Notes under the pieces: generated by a model | What the model saw: the letters and a program-made list of their open reading frames with translations, nothing else | Told to the model about the DNA's origin: nothing | Database searches by the model: none | Position numbers and translations under genes: made by a program | Part shown: positions 31,943-41,047 of the stretch, piece after piece | How the letters are laid out: each line of letters starts with the position of its first letter | Numbering within the stretch: the stretch's first letter is position 1 | Source of the DNA: Akkermansiaceae bacterium UBA7331 | GTDB lineage: Bacteria; Verrucomicrobiota; Verrucomicrobiia; Verrucomicrobiales; Akkermansiaceae | Reading direction: 5' to 3' | Length of the DNA stretch: 64,000 nucleotides | NCBI GenBank assembly: GCA_002471255.1 | Contig: DKPP01000008.1 | Location: 42,324 to 106,323 of the forward strand

Positions 31943-32794
31943 ATGCAAACAATAGGAATTTTAGGTTTGGGTATTATTGGCACCGGCATTGCCAAGCACA
32001 TTGAGCAACTAGGTCATTCGGTAATCGTGTGGAATAGAACACCTCAATCGGGGTGGAATCATTATGCAGACACACCAGGTGACGTAGCACAACAAAGCAA
32101 AATCATCGCCTTATATTTAAAAGATAGAAATGCGTGCTTAGAAGTGTTTAATCAATTAAAACCTGCACTTACTCCTGAGCATACCATTATCAACCACTCT
32201 ACTATTGATTTAGCCACCTGCATGAAGTTGGCACAAGAATGCCAAGCAATTGGTTGTACTTATGTGGACGCTCCTTTTACCGGATCAAAAAATCCGGCAG
32301 CCCAAGGTCAATTAGTGTATTATGTAGGTACGGATGAAACCACCCTTGCACGTATTAAACCTATTTTAGAACTTAGCTCTAAAGCTATCGTGCCTACCGG
32401 GCCGATTGGTTCTGCCACCGTGCTTAAATTGGTAACAAACATGATTTCAGCTTCTATGGTGCAAGTGCTTTCGGAGGCACTAGCCATTACCAACGCATAC
32501 GGAATGGATGCCGACCTTTTGCTTGAGGCTATGGAAAATAACGTAGTAATTTCACCTTTAGCGAAATTTAAGCTCCCATTCATGCAAGAAAAAGATTTTG
32601 GCACCCATTTCTCATTAGATAATATGAGAAAAGATGGCACCTACGCATTAGAACTGGCAGCTGATAAGGGAATCATACCTCCTTCTTGCCAACTCGTATC
32701 ATCGATTATGACTCGTTTGTGTGCAGAGGGAAAAGCGGATTGGGATTTCTCATGCCTAGCCTCACAATTCGAAGAGCAGAATAAATCACTATAA
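31943..32794 (+). CDS. NAD(P)-dependent oxidoreductase, beta-hydroxyacid dehydrogenase family
   Basis: GLGIIG, WNRT, HST, DAPFTGS, KLVTN, FSL..MRKD. Confidence 0.9.
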   Translation: MQTIGILGLGIIGTGIAKHIEQLGHSVIVWNRTPQSGWNHYADTPGDVAQQSKIIALYLKDRNACLEVFNQLKPALTPEHTIINHSTIDLATCMKLAQECQAIGCTYVDAPFTGSKNPAAQGQLVYYVGTDETTLARIKPILELSSKAIVPTGPIGSATVLKLVTNMISASMVQVLSEALAITNAYGMDADLLLEAMENNVVISPLAKFKLPFMQEKDFGTHFSLDNMRKDGTYALELAADKGIIPPSCQLVSSIMTRLCAEGKADWDFSCLASQFEEQNKSL

Positions 32795-32799
32795 CATCT

Positions 32800-34440
32800 A
32801 TGCTCAAATATCCATCACTGTTGATAGCTTTATCCATTTCCCCTCTTTGGGGAAATGTTGCCGGTGAATTGGAAAGAGCCGATGAAGCCCTCCTTAACGA
32901 AGAGGCCATCTTGATTGAATCATTCAATCATGTTTCAGACTCATCTGATGAGGAAATTGATGAATCGCAAAGTAATGTGAGACCGGTCAATCCGGGAAAT
33001 CAACCTAAACCTAACAATGAGGCTGTCGCACCGCCTATTCCTCCGCAAGATTTGGAGCTGAAAAATATTCCCTCTACAGCAACTCCACCAACAGGACAGC
33101 AAGCATCAGCTGACGGCATAGTCACTGAAGCCACAAAGAAAAATTATACCAGTACGTCTTCATCTCGACAATTTTTAGTTTCCGGTAAAGAACCTATTGT
33201 CTGTAGTGCCATATCCGTCAAAGCGGAAGAATTAAAAAAATCCTTATTTAAAATCCTCAAATTACCACCTGAATGGAAATCGACTATTCACATTCATTTA
33301 GTTGGAAAAAAAGGAGAACTTCCACCCCCAAATCCGATTCGCACTCAAACATTGTTAGATGACGGCGATTTGTACTATCACATTTACGTTCATGCCGGTA
33401 GAGGTGTAAATATTGAAAAACTCAACCAAGCGATTATCACTACCTTGATGTATGAAATTACCCTTAGGAATATTCCTACGGAATCGCTACCTGAAAACGT
33501 AGAATTACCTCCTTGGTTACAAATAGGCATCGAACAAGCCATTTTGTGGGATACGGATCAAGCCGACCGCAGTTTCTACGCTACGATGTTTAATAACAAT
33601 AGCATTATCGACATCCAAAAATTATTAACAATTAAATCTCCTAGCACCGAACTAGATGCCACCACGTACACAACCTACAAGGCATCCGCAGGAGCGTTAA
33701 TTTTATGTCTTTTGCGCCAAAATAATGGTCAAGAGGGGATGAAATCTATTTTAAATGAGGCAATCATGGGGTCGGAAGATTCTGAGAACTTAATCAAACG
33801 AAACTTTCCGCAATTAAATTTAACGCCCACATCTTTGCATAAATGGTGGTCTCTCCAAATGGCGCAAATGGCTACAGCGCCACTGACTGAAACACACAAT
33901 ATTCCCGATACGGATAAAAGGTTAAGTGAAGCTTTGCAGGTATTTAACTATAATCCGACGACTCGAACGACCCAAGTTATCTCACTAGAAAACCTCAATG
34001 CCCTAGCAGCCATACCTGATCTTGATAATCAGTTAAAAGAGGTTAGTAATAATTTGGTGCATACAAGTAGAAGAGCTTTTCCTGCCTATCAGCCGATTAT
34101 TGTGGAATATGCTAAATTTGTAGCATTGTTACAGGCAAAAAAAATTACACCCCATGATGGCGAAAAACGCTTAGCTCAATTAAAAGAGTTACGTGAAAAG
34201 TTACTTCAAACAGCTGTTCAAGTACGTGATTATATGGACTGGTATGAGATTACCACCAAAACATCCAATCCAAGTACATTTGATTCTTATTTAAGAACCA
34301 TGAGCATTCTTCGTTCTCAAAACTCATCACCAAACACTCCTTTAAGCCAGTACTTGGAAGATATAGAAAAACTCCACACTCAACCGGCACAATCAAAATT
34401 ACCTAAATTACACCCATCTTATACTCCCAAAGAAGATTAA
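32800..34440 (+). CDS. Exported hypothetical protein (possible degenerate peptidase-MA-like fold)
   Basis: Signal peptide, Pro-rich linker, LPPWLQIG motif; 546-aa ORF co-oriented in operon. Confidence 0.7.
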   Translation: MLKYPSLLIALSISPLWGNVAGELERADEALLNEEAILIESFNHVSDSSDEEIDESQSNVRPVNPGNQPKPNNEAVAPPIPPQDLELKNIPSTATPPTGQQASADGIVTEATKKNYTSTSSSRQFLVSGKEPIVCSAISVKAEELKKSLFKILKLPPEWKSTIHIHLVGKKGELPPPNPIRTQTLLDDGDLYYHIYVHAGRGVNIEKLNQAIITTLMYEITLRNIPTESLPENVELPPWLQIGIEQAILWDTDQADRSFYATMFNNNSIIDIQKLLTIKSPSTELDATTYTTYKASAGALILCLLRQNNGQEGMKSILNEAIMGSEDSENLIKRNFPQLNLTPTSLHKWWSLQMAQMATAPLTETHNIPDTDKRLSEALQVFNYNPTTRTTQVISLENLNALAAIPDLDNQLKEVSNNLVHTSRRAFPAYQPIIVEYAKFVALLQAKKITPHDGEKRLAQLKELREKLLQTAVQVRDYMDWYEITTKTSNPSTFDSYLRTMSILRSQNSSPNTPLSQYLEDIEKLHTQPAQSKLPKLHPSYTPKED

Positions 34441-34484
34441 ATATCTTAATCTACCCCATATCTAAAACACAATAAAACTCTCTC

Positions 34485-34730
34485 ATGTTAAATATTCCTC
34501 ACATCATAGCATTCGTAGGAGCTCCTTTGGAGGCTCTCGTATTAGCCATTTTAGGTAGCTTTTGCATTTTTCTTTATTACCTTTTTCATCGAGCTTCGAA
34601 AAAGGCATTTCCTATGACTTGGGGGAGACTTATTGTCATTTTCTTATTCAATTTCTTAGGGCTATTTATTATTACAATTTTAAACTTGTTAAAAATAGCA
34701 AAAAGTGGTCAGAATAAACCGAAAAACTAA
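34485..34730 (+). CDS. Small membrane protein (2 TM), hypothetical
   Basis: 81-aa ORF with two hydrophobic helices and a basic tail. Confidence 0.5.
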   Translation: MLNIPHIIAFVGAPLEALVLAILGSFCIFLYYLFHRASKKAFPMTWGRLIVIFLFNFLGLFIITILNLLKIAKSGQNKPKN

Positions 34731-34882
34731 AGTTCGGTTGACTCATCACTATCTGAAAATTTGATTTGGCACCACATTGCATCAAAATAAATAATTACCG
34801 AAAAGCTCGGGGTTTTGCATATTTATGATGTAGTCTGTGTGATATAGATAGGATCCTTTCACCTATTGAATTCTAAAATACA

Positions 34883-35980
34883 ATGAAAATAAAATACATA
34901 ACTGCCCTCTTAATTTGTGCTAATACTACTATGTATATTGGTGCACCTATAGCATTAGGGGAAACAACATCTGAAACTATTTCTGTTCATGATAAAATCA
35001 TTCAGGATCATTTTGTATGCTTACAGGCATTTAAAGAAAAGGTCATAGCTGACCCCGATAAGACAACAGATTTTTTGCTTTCTTTGGATGATTGGCAAAA
35101 GAAACAGCCACTTGCATGTAGAATTATTGAATATCTTCCTCTAGATAAAAAAATTCCGGCACTTCATTCTCTTTTAATTGCTTGCAAGGACGGCAAAATA
35201 GAGCCGCAATTGGTAGCGCCCTTTTTTGATTCAGTTGAGAGTGATTATTATAAGGACCTACCTCCTAATATGCAAATGGCTTACCATCATTATGTACCGG
35301 ACATCAATAATTTGTATCAAACAGCAAAAATAACGTTTGCCGGTAATAAGGAGCTTGAGGCTAAGTTTGAAGATATTCTATCAGGTGAGTACCGCCATAG
35401 AAATATGGCCGATTGCTGTATTATTCGTTTGCCATTAAGAAGTATTCCTTTTATTGCTCCTCATAAAGGCTATTGGGCTAGTCTGCCTATGGAAAAATCT
35501 TATTCATATGATGAACAGGTCCGGCTTATTCAAGAATACGCCAAGGCACTGGATAAGGTTTATCTAGCATTGATGAATATTACTCGCAATGAGATTTCTA
35601 AAGAGCAAGGAATAAAACTCTTAAACGAATCTATCGATCAGCTGGAAATGCCTAAAAAGGCTTTACAAAAGCTTCGTCCAATTAAAAATGACGCTGATCA
35701 GGCAAATTTACTTTTGACTTATCTTGATGAATTAACAGTAATTCCTTTTAAATACCTAGATGAATTGAATACGACCTCACGAAACGAAGATTTGGAAGAA
35801 ATTTCTAAAAAAATTGATTTTAAAATGTTAACTTATCCCGATTGCTACCTTTTGGAATGGATTATGTCACAGCCTTTGCCAAAATTAGACGGACCAAAAG
35901 TGAAACAACTCGCAAAAGAAAAAGCTGAAAAGAACAAGTTAGCAGAAGAGCATAAGAAATCACTCAATTCATTCCAATAA
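34883..35980 (+). CDS. Secreted protein of unknown family, tandem paralog 1
   Basis: Signal peptide; family motifs ACRIIEYLPL, PPNMQMA, IPF..P.KGYWASLP, LRP, YPDCYLLEW. Confidence 0.85.
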   Translation: MKIKYITALLICANTTMYIGAPIALGETTSETISVHDKIIQDHFVCLQAFKEKVIADPDKTTDFLLSLDDWQKKQPLACRIIEYLPLDKKIPALHSLLIACKDGKIEPQLVAPFFDSVESDYYKDLPPNMQMAYHHYVPDINNLYQTAKITFAGNKELEAKFEDILSGEYRHRNMADCCIIRLPLRSIPFIAPHKGYWASLPMEKSYSYDEQVRLIQEYAKALDKVYLALMNITRNEISKEQGIKLLNESIDQLEMPKKALQKLRPIKNDADQANLLLTYLDELTVIPFKYLDELNTTSRNEDLEEISKKIDFKMLTYPDCYLLEWIMSQPLPKLDGPKVKQLAKEKAEKNKLAEEHKKSLNSFQ

Positions 35981-36115
35981 GAGAGATTTTATAAAAATAT
36001 AGACACTGGTTGTCTCTAAACCGAACCTCATCATACAAGCCGGAAGTGAATCTTCATTTCCGGCTTGATTTCTCTATTTTGGTAGTGTAGATATTAACGA
36101 TATAACTCCATTAAA
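35950..36115 (+). repeat. Array spacer repeat copy A (gene tail plus intergenic hairpin at 36036-36067)
   Basis: Near-identical to 38460-38623 and similar to 37145-37305; contains caagccggaagtgaa-tc-ttcatttccggcttg. Confidence 0.9.
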
Positions 36116-37171
36116 ATGAGACATTACTATCAAATATTACTATTTTTCCCTCTGCTTTTTTGCTCTCAAACAATGAGTGCAGAGCATGTTCTCCCCGAAA
36201 TGACCGGTTTAAAGATATATAGAAGCAATTTAGAAAGCTTTAAAAACTCGATTACCAAAGATCCTAGTAAAACGGCAGAGCTTTTCCTTTCAAATGATCT
36301 TCTGAAAAAAGATACCGAGGCTGCCTGCCGAATTGTTAATGACTTGCCTCTTAAACTCAGACTGGAGGCGCTTAATTCCATTTTAGATGCTTGCAAAAAT
36401 AATCAATTGGCTATTCATCATGCTTTTAGGTTTTTCTCCATAGAAAAAGGTGATTCTTTTGAGGTAGCTCCACCAAATATGATCTTGGCATGTAATTATT
36501 ACGTTCCTAGTATTAACAAGCTGTATAAAAAGGCGAAAACAGTTTTTGCTACAAATGATTATATGTCTAGTGAGCTCGATGATATTCTTTCAGGAAAATT
36601 TCGAAGAAACATGATTAACATTGCTTGCCAAGATCCGGATTCTTTAGGCCAAATTCCATTTTTATCACCCAATAAAGGTTATTGGGCAAGCTTGCCATCG
36701 GATAAACAATATTCTTATAACGAGCAGTTAAAAATCATTGATGATCACGTTCGCTTAATCAATGATTTTCAACAATGTCGGATGAATATTTTAGAAAACA
36801 AAATTGATGAGGAAAAAGGTATTATTATGCTCAATGACTTAATCAATAAAATGAAACGATTAATTCCTCAATTTGAAAATTTGCGACCTTTACCCAATCA
36901 CGAAGAGCAAGCCTTGCTTATGAAGAAATATATGGATGAGATTAGTTATGCTTTTTGGAAACGGTCGAAACAAATTCATCAGCTCAAGTTAGCGAAACCT
37001 CAAAATGAATTGCTAAATCAGTTGAGAGCCCAATATGCAAAGCTTGCTTACCCGGACTGTTATTTATCGGAATGGATAGTATCTAAACCACTATCGTTAA
37101 AAGAAAGATATGGACCCAAAATGTTAAAATTCTTGGACGATTGTCAAAAATCACTCAATTCATCCCAATAA
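36116..37171 (+). CDS. Secreted protein of unknown family, tandem paralog 2
   Basis: Signal peptide; same family motifs (ACRIV, PPNM.LACNYY, PFLSPNKGYWASLP, YPDCY.SEW). Confidence 0.85.
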   Translation: MRHYYQILLFFPLLFCSQTMSAEHVLPEMTGLKIYRSNLESFKNSITKDPSKTAELFLSNDLLKKDTEAACRIVNDLPLKLRLEALNSILDACKNNQLAIHHAFRFFSIEKGDSFEVAPPNMILACNYYVPSINKLYKKAKTVFATNDYMSSELDDILSGKFRRNMINIACQDPDSLGQIPFLSPNKGYWASLPSDKQYSYNEQLKIIDDHVRLINDFQQCRMNILENKIDEEKGIIMLNDLINKMKRLIPQFENLRPLPNHEEQALLMKKYMDEISYAFWKRSKQIHQLKLAKPQNELLNQLRAQYAKLAYPDCYLSEWIVSKPLSLKERYGPKMLKFLDDCQKSLNSSQ

Positions 37172-37305
37172 AAGAAATTTCATAAAAATATAGAAATTGG
37201 CCACACCAAACAGGACCTCATTATGCAAGCCGGAAGTGAAGATTCACTTCCTGCTTGATTCTTCTATTTGAGCAGCGTAAACATTAGCCATATAACTCAA
37301 TTAAA
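37145..37305 (+). repeat. Array spacer repeat copy B (hairpin at 37226-37257)
   Basis: aaatcactcaattcatcccaataa...caagccggaagtgaa-ga-ttcacttcctgcttg...tataactcaattaaaATG. Confidence 0.85.
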
Positions 37306-38340
37306 ATGAAACATTTCTACAAAATACTACTATTCTTCCCTCTGTCTCTTTGCTCTCCAGCAATGGCATCGGAGCAAATTCCTCCCCCTAGTGCTAAGTT
37401 GAATGATTTTAAAAATATCTTAGATAATTTTAAAGACTCGATTACTCAAGATCCTACTAAAACGGCAGAGTTTTTCCTTTCAAATGCTCTTCTGAAAAAA
37501 GATTCTGAAGCTGTCTGCCGCATAGTTGAGTATTTGCCCTTAGAGAAAAAACTCATAGCACTTAACTCCATTTTAGATGCTTGCGAAGAAAAAAAAATAG
37601 GGGTTACTGATGCCGGTAAATTTTTTCAATCCGAGCCAGCGAATCATTATGTTGTAGTTGCTCCAAACATGCAGTTGGCTTGCAATTATTATGTACCGAC
37701 AATCAATCGATTGTTCCAAAAGGCTAAAAGAATTTTTTCATCAAATGAACACATCAGTCGTGAAATGGAATATATTTTAAATGGTCAATATCGAAAAGAC
37801 TTGATGACTACTGTTTGTACTAGCCCTTTTTATATAGAAAGCATTCCTTTCTTGTCTCCAAATAAAGGTTTTTGGGCCAGTTTACCATCTAACAAAACTT
37901 ATTCTTTTGAGGAGCAATCAGCTATGATTAGTCAATATGCCAAGCATTTAGATTCTACTTTAAAATCGATATTCATAGCTTCTGGAAATGATAAGGAATC
38001 AAAATCGGCTATAAAAATAATTAATGAAAACATCATAGAGCTGAAGTCATTAGCAAGAAAATTAGAAGATATTCGTCCGATAAATGATCAAAAAACACAA
38101 AATCAATTAATTAATCAATACTTGGATGATTTATCATATGTCTTTTGTGAAAATAGTTTTGATTGGGCTAAACTAAAATCTACAAAAACTCAACAAACAT
38201 TGGCGAAACAATTGGAGCCATTGCTTTATCCTGACTGCTATTTATTGGAATGGGCAGTCAATGAACCACTTGATTCAGAAGTAAGGAATTGTTTAAAAAC
38301 AAATAAACTACTAAAAGATAATTTAATAAAACAGCAATAA
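37306..38340 (+). CDS. Secreted protein of unknown family, tandem paralog 3
   Basis: Signal peptide; same family motifs. Confidence 0.85.
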   Translation: MKHFYKILLFFPLSLCSPAMASEQIPPPSAKLNDFKNILDNFKDSITQDPTKTAEFFLSNALLKKDSEAVCRIVEYLPLEKKLIALNSILDACEEKKIGVTDAGKFFQSEPANHYVVVAPNMQLACNYYVPTINRLFQKAKRIFSSNEHISREMEYILNGQYRKDLMTTVCTSPFYIESIPFLSPNKGFWASLPSNKTYSFEEQSAMISQYAKHLDSTLKSIFIASGNDKESKSAIKIINENIIELKSLARKLEDIRPINDQKTQNQLINQYLDDLSYVFCENSFDWAKLKSTKTQQTLAKQLEPLLYPDCYLLEWAVNEPLDSEVRNCLKTNKLLKDNLIKQQ

Positions 38341-38384
38341 TAAAGTGACGCACTCAAGGAGCTAGTACATCTCCGGTATTTGCA

Positions 38385-38489
38385 CTAGAATAGTCGGAAT
38401 CACTTCCGCTGTCTGAAAAGGAAAGATGCAGTCCTAAAGTGAAAGCATTAATAGAAGAGCACAAAAAATCACTCAATTCATTCCAACAA
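38385..38489 (+). pseudogene. C-terminal relic of an additional array paralog
   Basis: Translates LE*SESLPLSEKERCSPKVKALIEEHKKSLNSFQQ versus paralog 4 LEWSAALPLSEEERYGPKMKKLAEEYKKTLNSSQ*; the Trp codon has become TAG. Confidence 0.85.
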
Positions 38490-38623
38490 GACAGCTTCTA
38501 TAAAACTATAGGCACTGGTTGTCTCTAAACCGAACCTCATCATACAAGCCGGAAGTGAATCTCATTTCCGGCTTGATTTCTCTATTTTGGTAGTGTAAAT
38601 ATTAGCGACATAACTCCATTAAA
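38460..38623 (+). repeat. Array spacer repeat copy C (hairpin at 38545-38575)
   Basis: cactggttgtctctaaaccgaacctcatcatacaagccggaagtgaatc identical to copy A. Confidence 0.9.
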
Positions 38624-39679
38624 ATGAGATATCACTACCAAATAATATTGTTATTCCCTCTATTTCTTTGCTCTCAGGCCATGGCAACGGAGCAAGTTCT
38701 CCCCGAGATGACCGAGTTAAATGTATATCAAAGCAATTCAGAGAGCTTTAAAAACTCAATTACTCAAGATCCTACTAAAACGGCAGAGTTTTTCCTTTCG
38801 AATCCAGTTCTGAAAAAAGATTCTGAGGCTGCCTGTAGAATTGTTGAATATTTACCCTTAGAGAAAAAACTCATAGCACTTAATTCCATTTTAGATGCTT
38901 GTGCATCGGGAAAATTATCAATAATACAATCATTTGATTTTTTTGAGCCTCTTTATACGGATTCTTATCAAGTCGCACCACCTAATATGCAGATGGCTTG
39001 TAATTATTATGTTCCTGCGATTAATAAACTTTATCAAAAAGCGGCGAAAATCTTTGATAAAGATGAAAAAATCAAACAAAAACTCGATGCTATTTTATCA
39101 GGAAGATCTCGAAAAAAAATTATTCAAGATTCTTTATTGAGCTCATGGTATATGGGACCAGTCCCTTTTTTGTCTCCAAATAAAGGCTACTGGGCAAGTT
39201 TGCCCGCCGACAAGCACTATTCGTTTGAAGAACAATGCCAATTAATTGATCAGCATGTCAAATTGGTCGACCAAGCATATGAGAGCCTGTTATCACTATT
39301 GAAAGGTCAAGTAAATGAGGATGAGGGCATTAAACTTTACAAACTCAAATTAGAACAACTCAAAAAGCACTGCTTGGAATTTGAAAAACTTCGCCCTTTG
39401 AAAGATACCTCTAAACAATATGAACTACTCATTAAATATATGGATGAGTTATCTTATTCGTTGATATTTAATATGAAAGCGTTAAGGCCAATTGCTGATA
39501 AAAGGCAAAAAAATGAGTTGTTCGATCAATTAAGGTTTCAAATGATTGATTTGCTATATCCGGATTCTTATCTTTTAGAATGGTCTGCAGCACTTCCTTT
39601 ATCCGAAGAAGAAAGATATGGTCCTAAAATGAAGAAATTAGCAGAAGAGTACAAAAAAACTCTCAATTCATCCCAATAA
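38624..39679 (+). CDS. Secreted protein of unknown family, tandem paralog 4
   Basis: Signal peptide; same family motifs, with YPDSY variant. Confidence 0.85.
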   Translation: MRYHYQIILLFPLFLCSQAMATEQVLPEMTELNVYQSNSESFKNSITQDPTKTAEFFLSNPVLKKDSEAACRIVEYLPLEKKLIALNSILDACASGKLSIIQSFDFFEPLYTDSYQVAPPNMQMACNYYVPAINKLYQKAAKIFDKDEKIKQKLDAILSGRSRKKIIQDSLLSSWYMGPVPFLSPNKGYWASLPADKHYSFEEQCQLIDQHVKLVDQAYESLLSLLKGQVNEDEGIKLYKLKLEQLKKHCLEFEKLRPLKDTSKQYELLIKYMDELSYSLIFNMKALRPIADKRQKNELFDQLRFQMIDLLYPDSYLLEWSAALPLSEEERYGPKMKKLAEEYKKTLNSSQ

Positions 39680-39761
39680 GATAGCTTTTATCAAAACGCA
39701 AACAATTACTTTCGGCTTGCTTTTTATGTTTTAGCGATGATAGCCTCATTAATATAACTTT

Positions 39762-40820
39762 ATGAAAATAAAACACATAATTACTCTCTTAATTTGTGCA
39801 AGTAGTACTGTGTATATTGGCGCACCTATAGCATTAGGTGAAACAACATCTGAAACCATTTCTGTTCATGATAAAATCATTCAGGATCATTTTTTATGCT
39901 TACAGGCATTTAAAGAAAAGGTCATAGCTGACCCCGATAAGACAGCAGATTTTTTGCTTTCTTTGGATGATTGGCAAAAGAAGCAGCCACTTGCATGTAG
40001 AATTATTGAATATCTTCCTCTAGATAAAAAAATTCCGGCACTTCATTCTCTTTTAATTGCTTGCAAAGACGGCAAAATAGAGCCGCAATTGGTAGCGCCC
40101 TTTTTTGATTCAGAAGAAAGTGATTATTATAAGGACCTACCTCCTAATATGCAAATGGCTTACCATCATTATGTACCGGACATCAATAATTTGTACCAAA
40201 CAGCAAAAATAACGTTTGCCGGTAATAAGGAGCTTGAGGCTAAGTTTGAAGATATTCTATCAGGTGAGTACCGCCATAGAAATATGGCCGATTGCTGTAT
40301 TATTCGTTTGCCATTAAGAAGTATTCCTTTTATTGCTCCTCATAAAGGCTATTGGGCTAGTCTGCCTATGGAAAAATCTTATTCATATGATGAACAGGTC
40401 CGGCTTATTCAAGAATACGCCAAGGCACTAGATAAAGTTTATTTGGTAGTATTAGATCTTGCCCATAATAGAATTGCTAAAGAACAAGGAATAAAACTCT
40501 TAAACGAATCTATTGATCAGCTGGAAATGCCTAAACAGGCTTTACAAAAGCTTCGTCCAATTAAAAACGACGCTGATCAGGCAAATTTACTTTTGACTTA
40601 TCTTGATGAATTAACAGTAATTTTTTTAAAACGTATATATGAATTGAATGCGACGTCTCAAAACGAGGAATTGGAAAAACTTTTTAGAAAACTGAATTTT
40701 AAAATGTTAACTTATCCCGATTGCTACCTTTTGGAATGGATTATGTCACAGCCTTTGCAAAAAGAAGGCGGTCCCAAATTAAAACAGCTCGCTAAAGAAA
40801 AAGCTGAACAGAAAAAGTAG
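39762..40820 (+). CDS. Secreted protein of unknown family, tandem paralog 5 (near-duplicate of paralog 1)
   Basis: Almost identical to 34883..35980 over the N-terminal two thirds. Confidence 0.85.
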   Translation: MKIKHIITLLICASSTVYIGAPIALGETTSETISVHDKIIQDHFLCLQAFKEKVIADPDKTADFLLSLDDWQKKQPLACRIIEYLPLDKKIPALHSLLIACKDGKIEPQLVAPFFDSEESDYYKDLPPNMQMAYHHYVPDINNLYQTAKITFAGNKELEAKFEDILSGEYRHRNMADCCIIRLPLRSIPFIAPHKGYWASLPMEKSYSYDEQVRLIQEYAKALDKVYLVVLDLAHNRIAKEQGIKLLNESIDQLEMPKQALQKLRPIKNDADQANLLLTYLDELTVIFLKRIYELNATSQNEELEKLFRKLNFKMLTYPDCYLLEWIMSQPLQKEGGPKLKQLAKEKAEQKK

Positions 40821-41047
40821 GAATTATCATTTTTAATGATCGTTGATACTCCCTCTACCAAATTGCTCAAAATCAATTATATTAGAGCTAGTTCTTCCAG
40901 TTAGGGTAATGAACGAGCCTTTTAAAAAAATCGAGAAACACATACAACCACTTGATTTGACACAGTCCCCCTAAAAATAAAGCACTGACAGAATTATCTT
41001 GAGGCTCGCTAGCTTTTGAGTAGAATCATCGCGTTACTATAGTTCCC

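Noticed and set aside
35950-38623. Array spacers as CRISPR repeats or integron attC sites
   Set aside because: Units are separated by ~1-kb paralogous genes rather than short spacers; no cas genes or intI; the hairpin lacks RYYYAAC/GTTRRRY ends.
34883-40820. Diversity-generating retroelement explanation for paralog 1/5 variation
   Set aside because: Differences are not confined to adenines, both copies are full genes, and there is no reverse transcriptase in the window.
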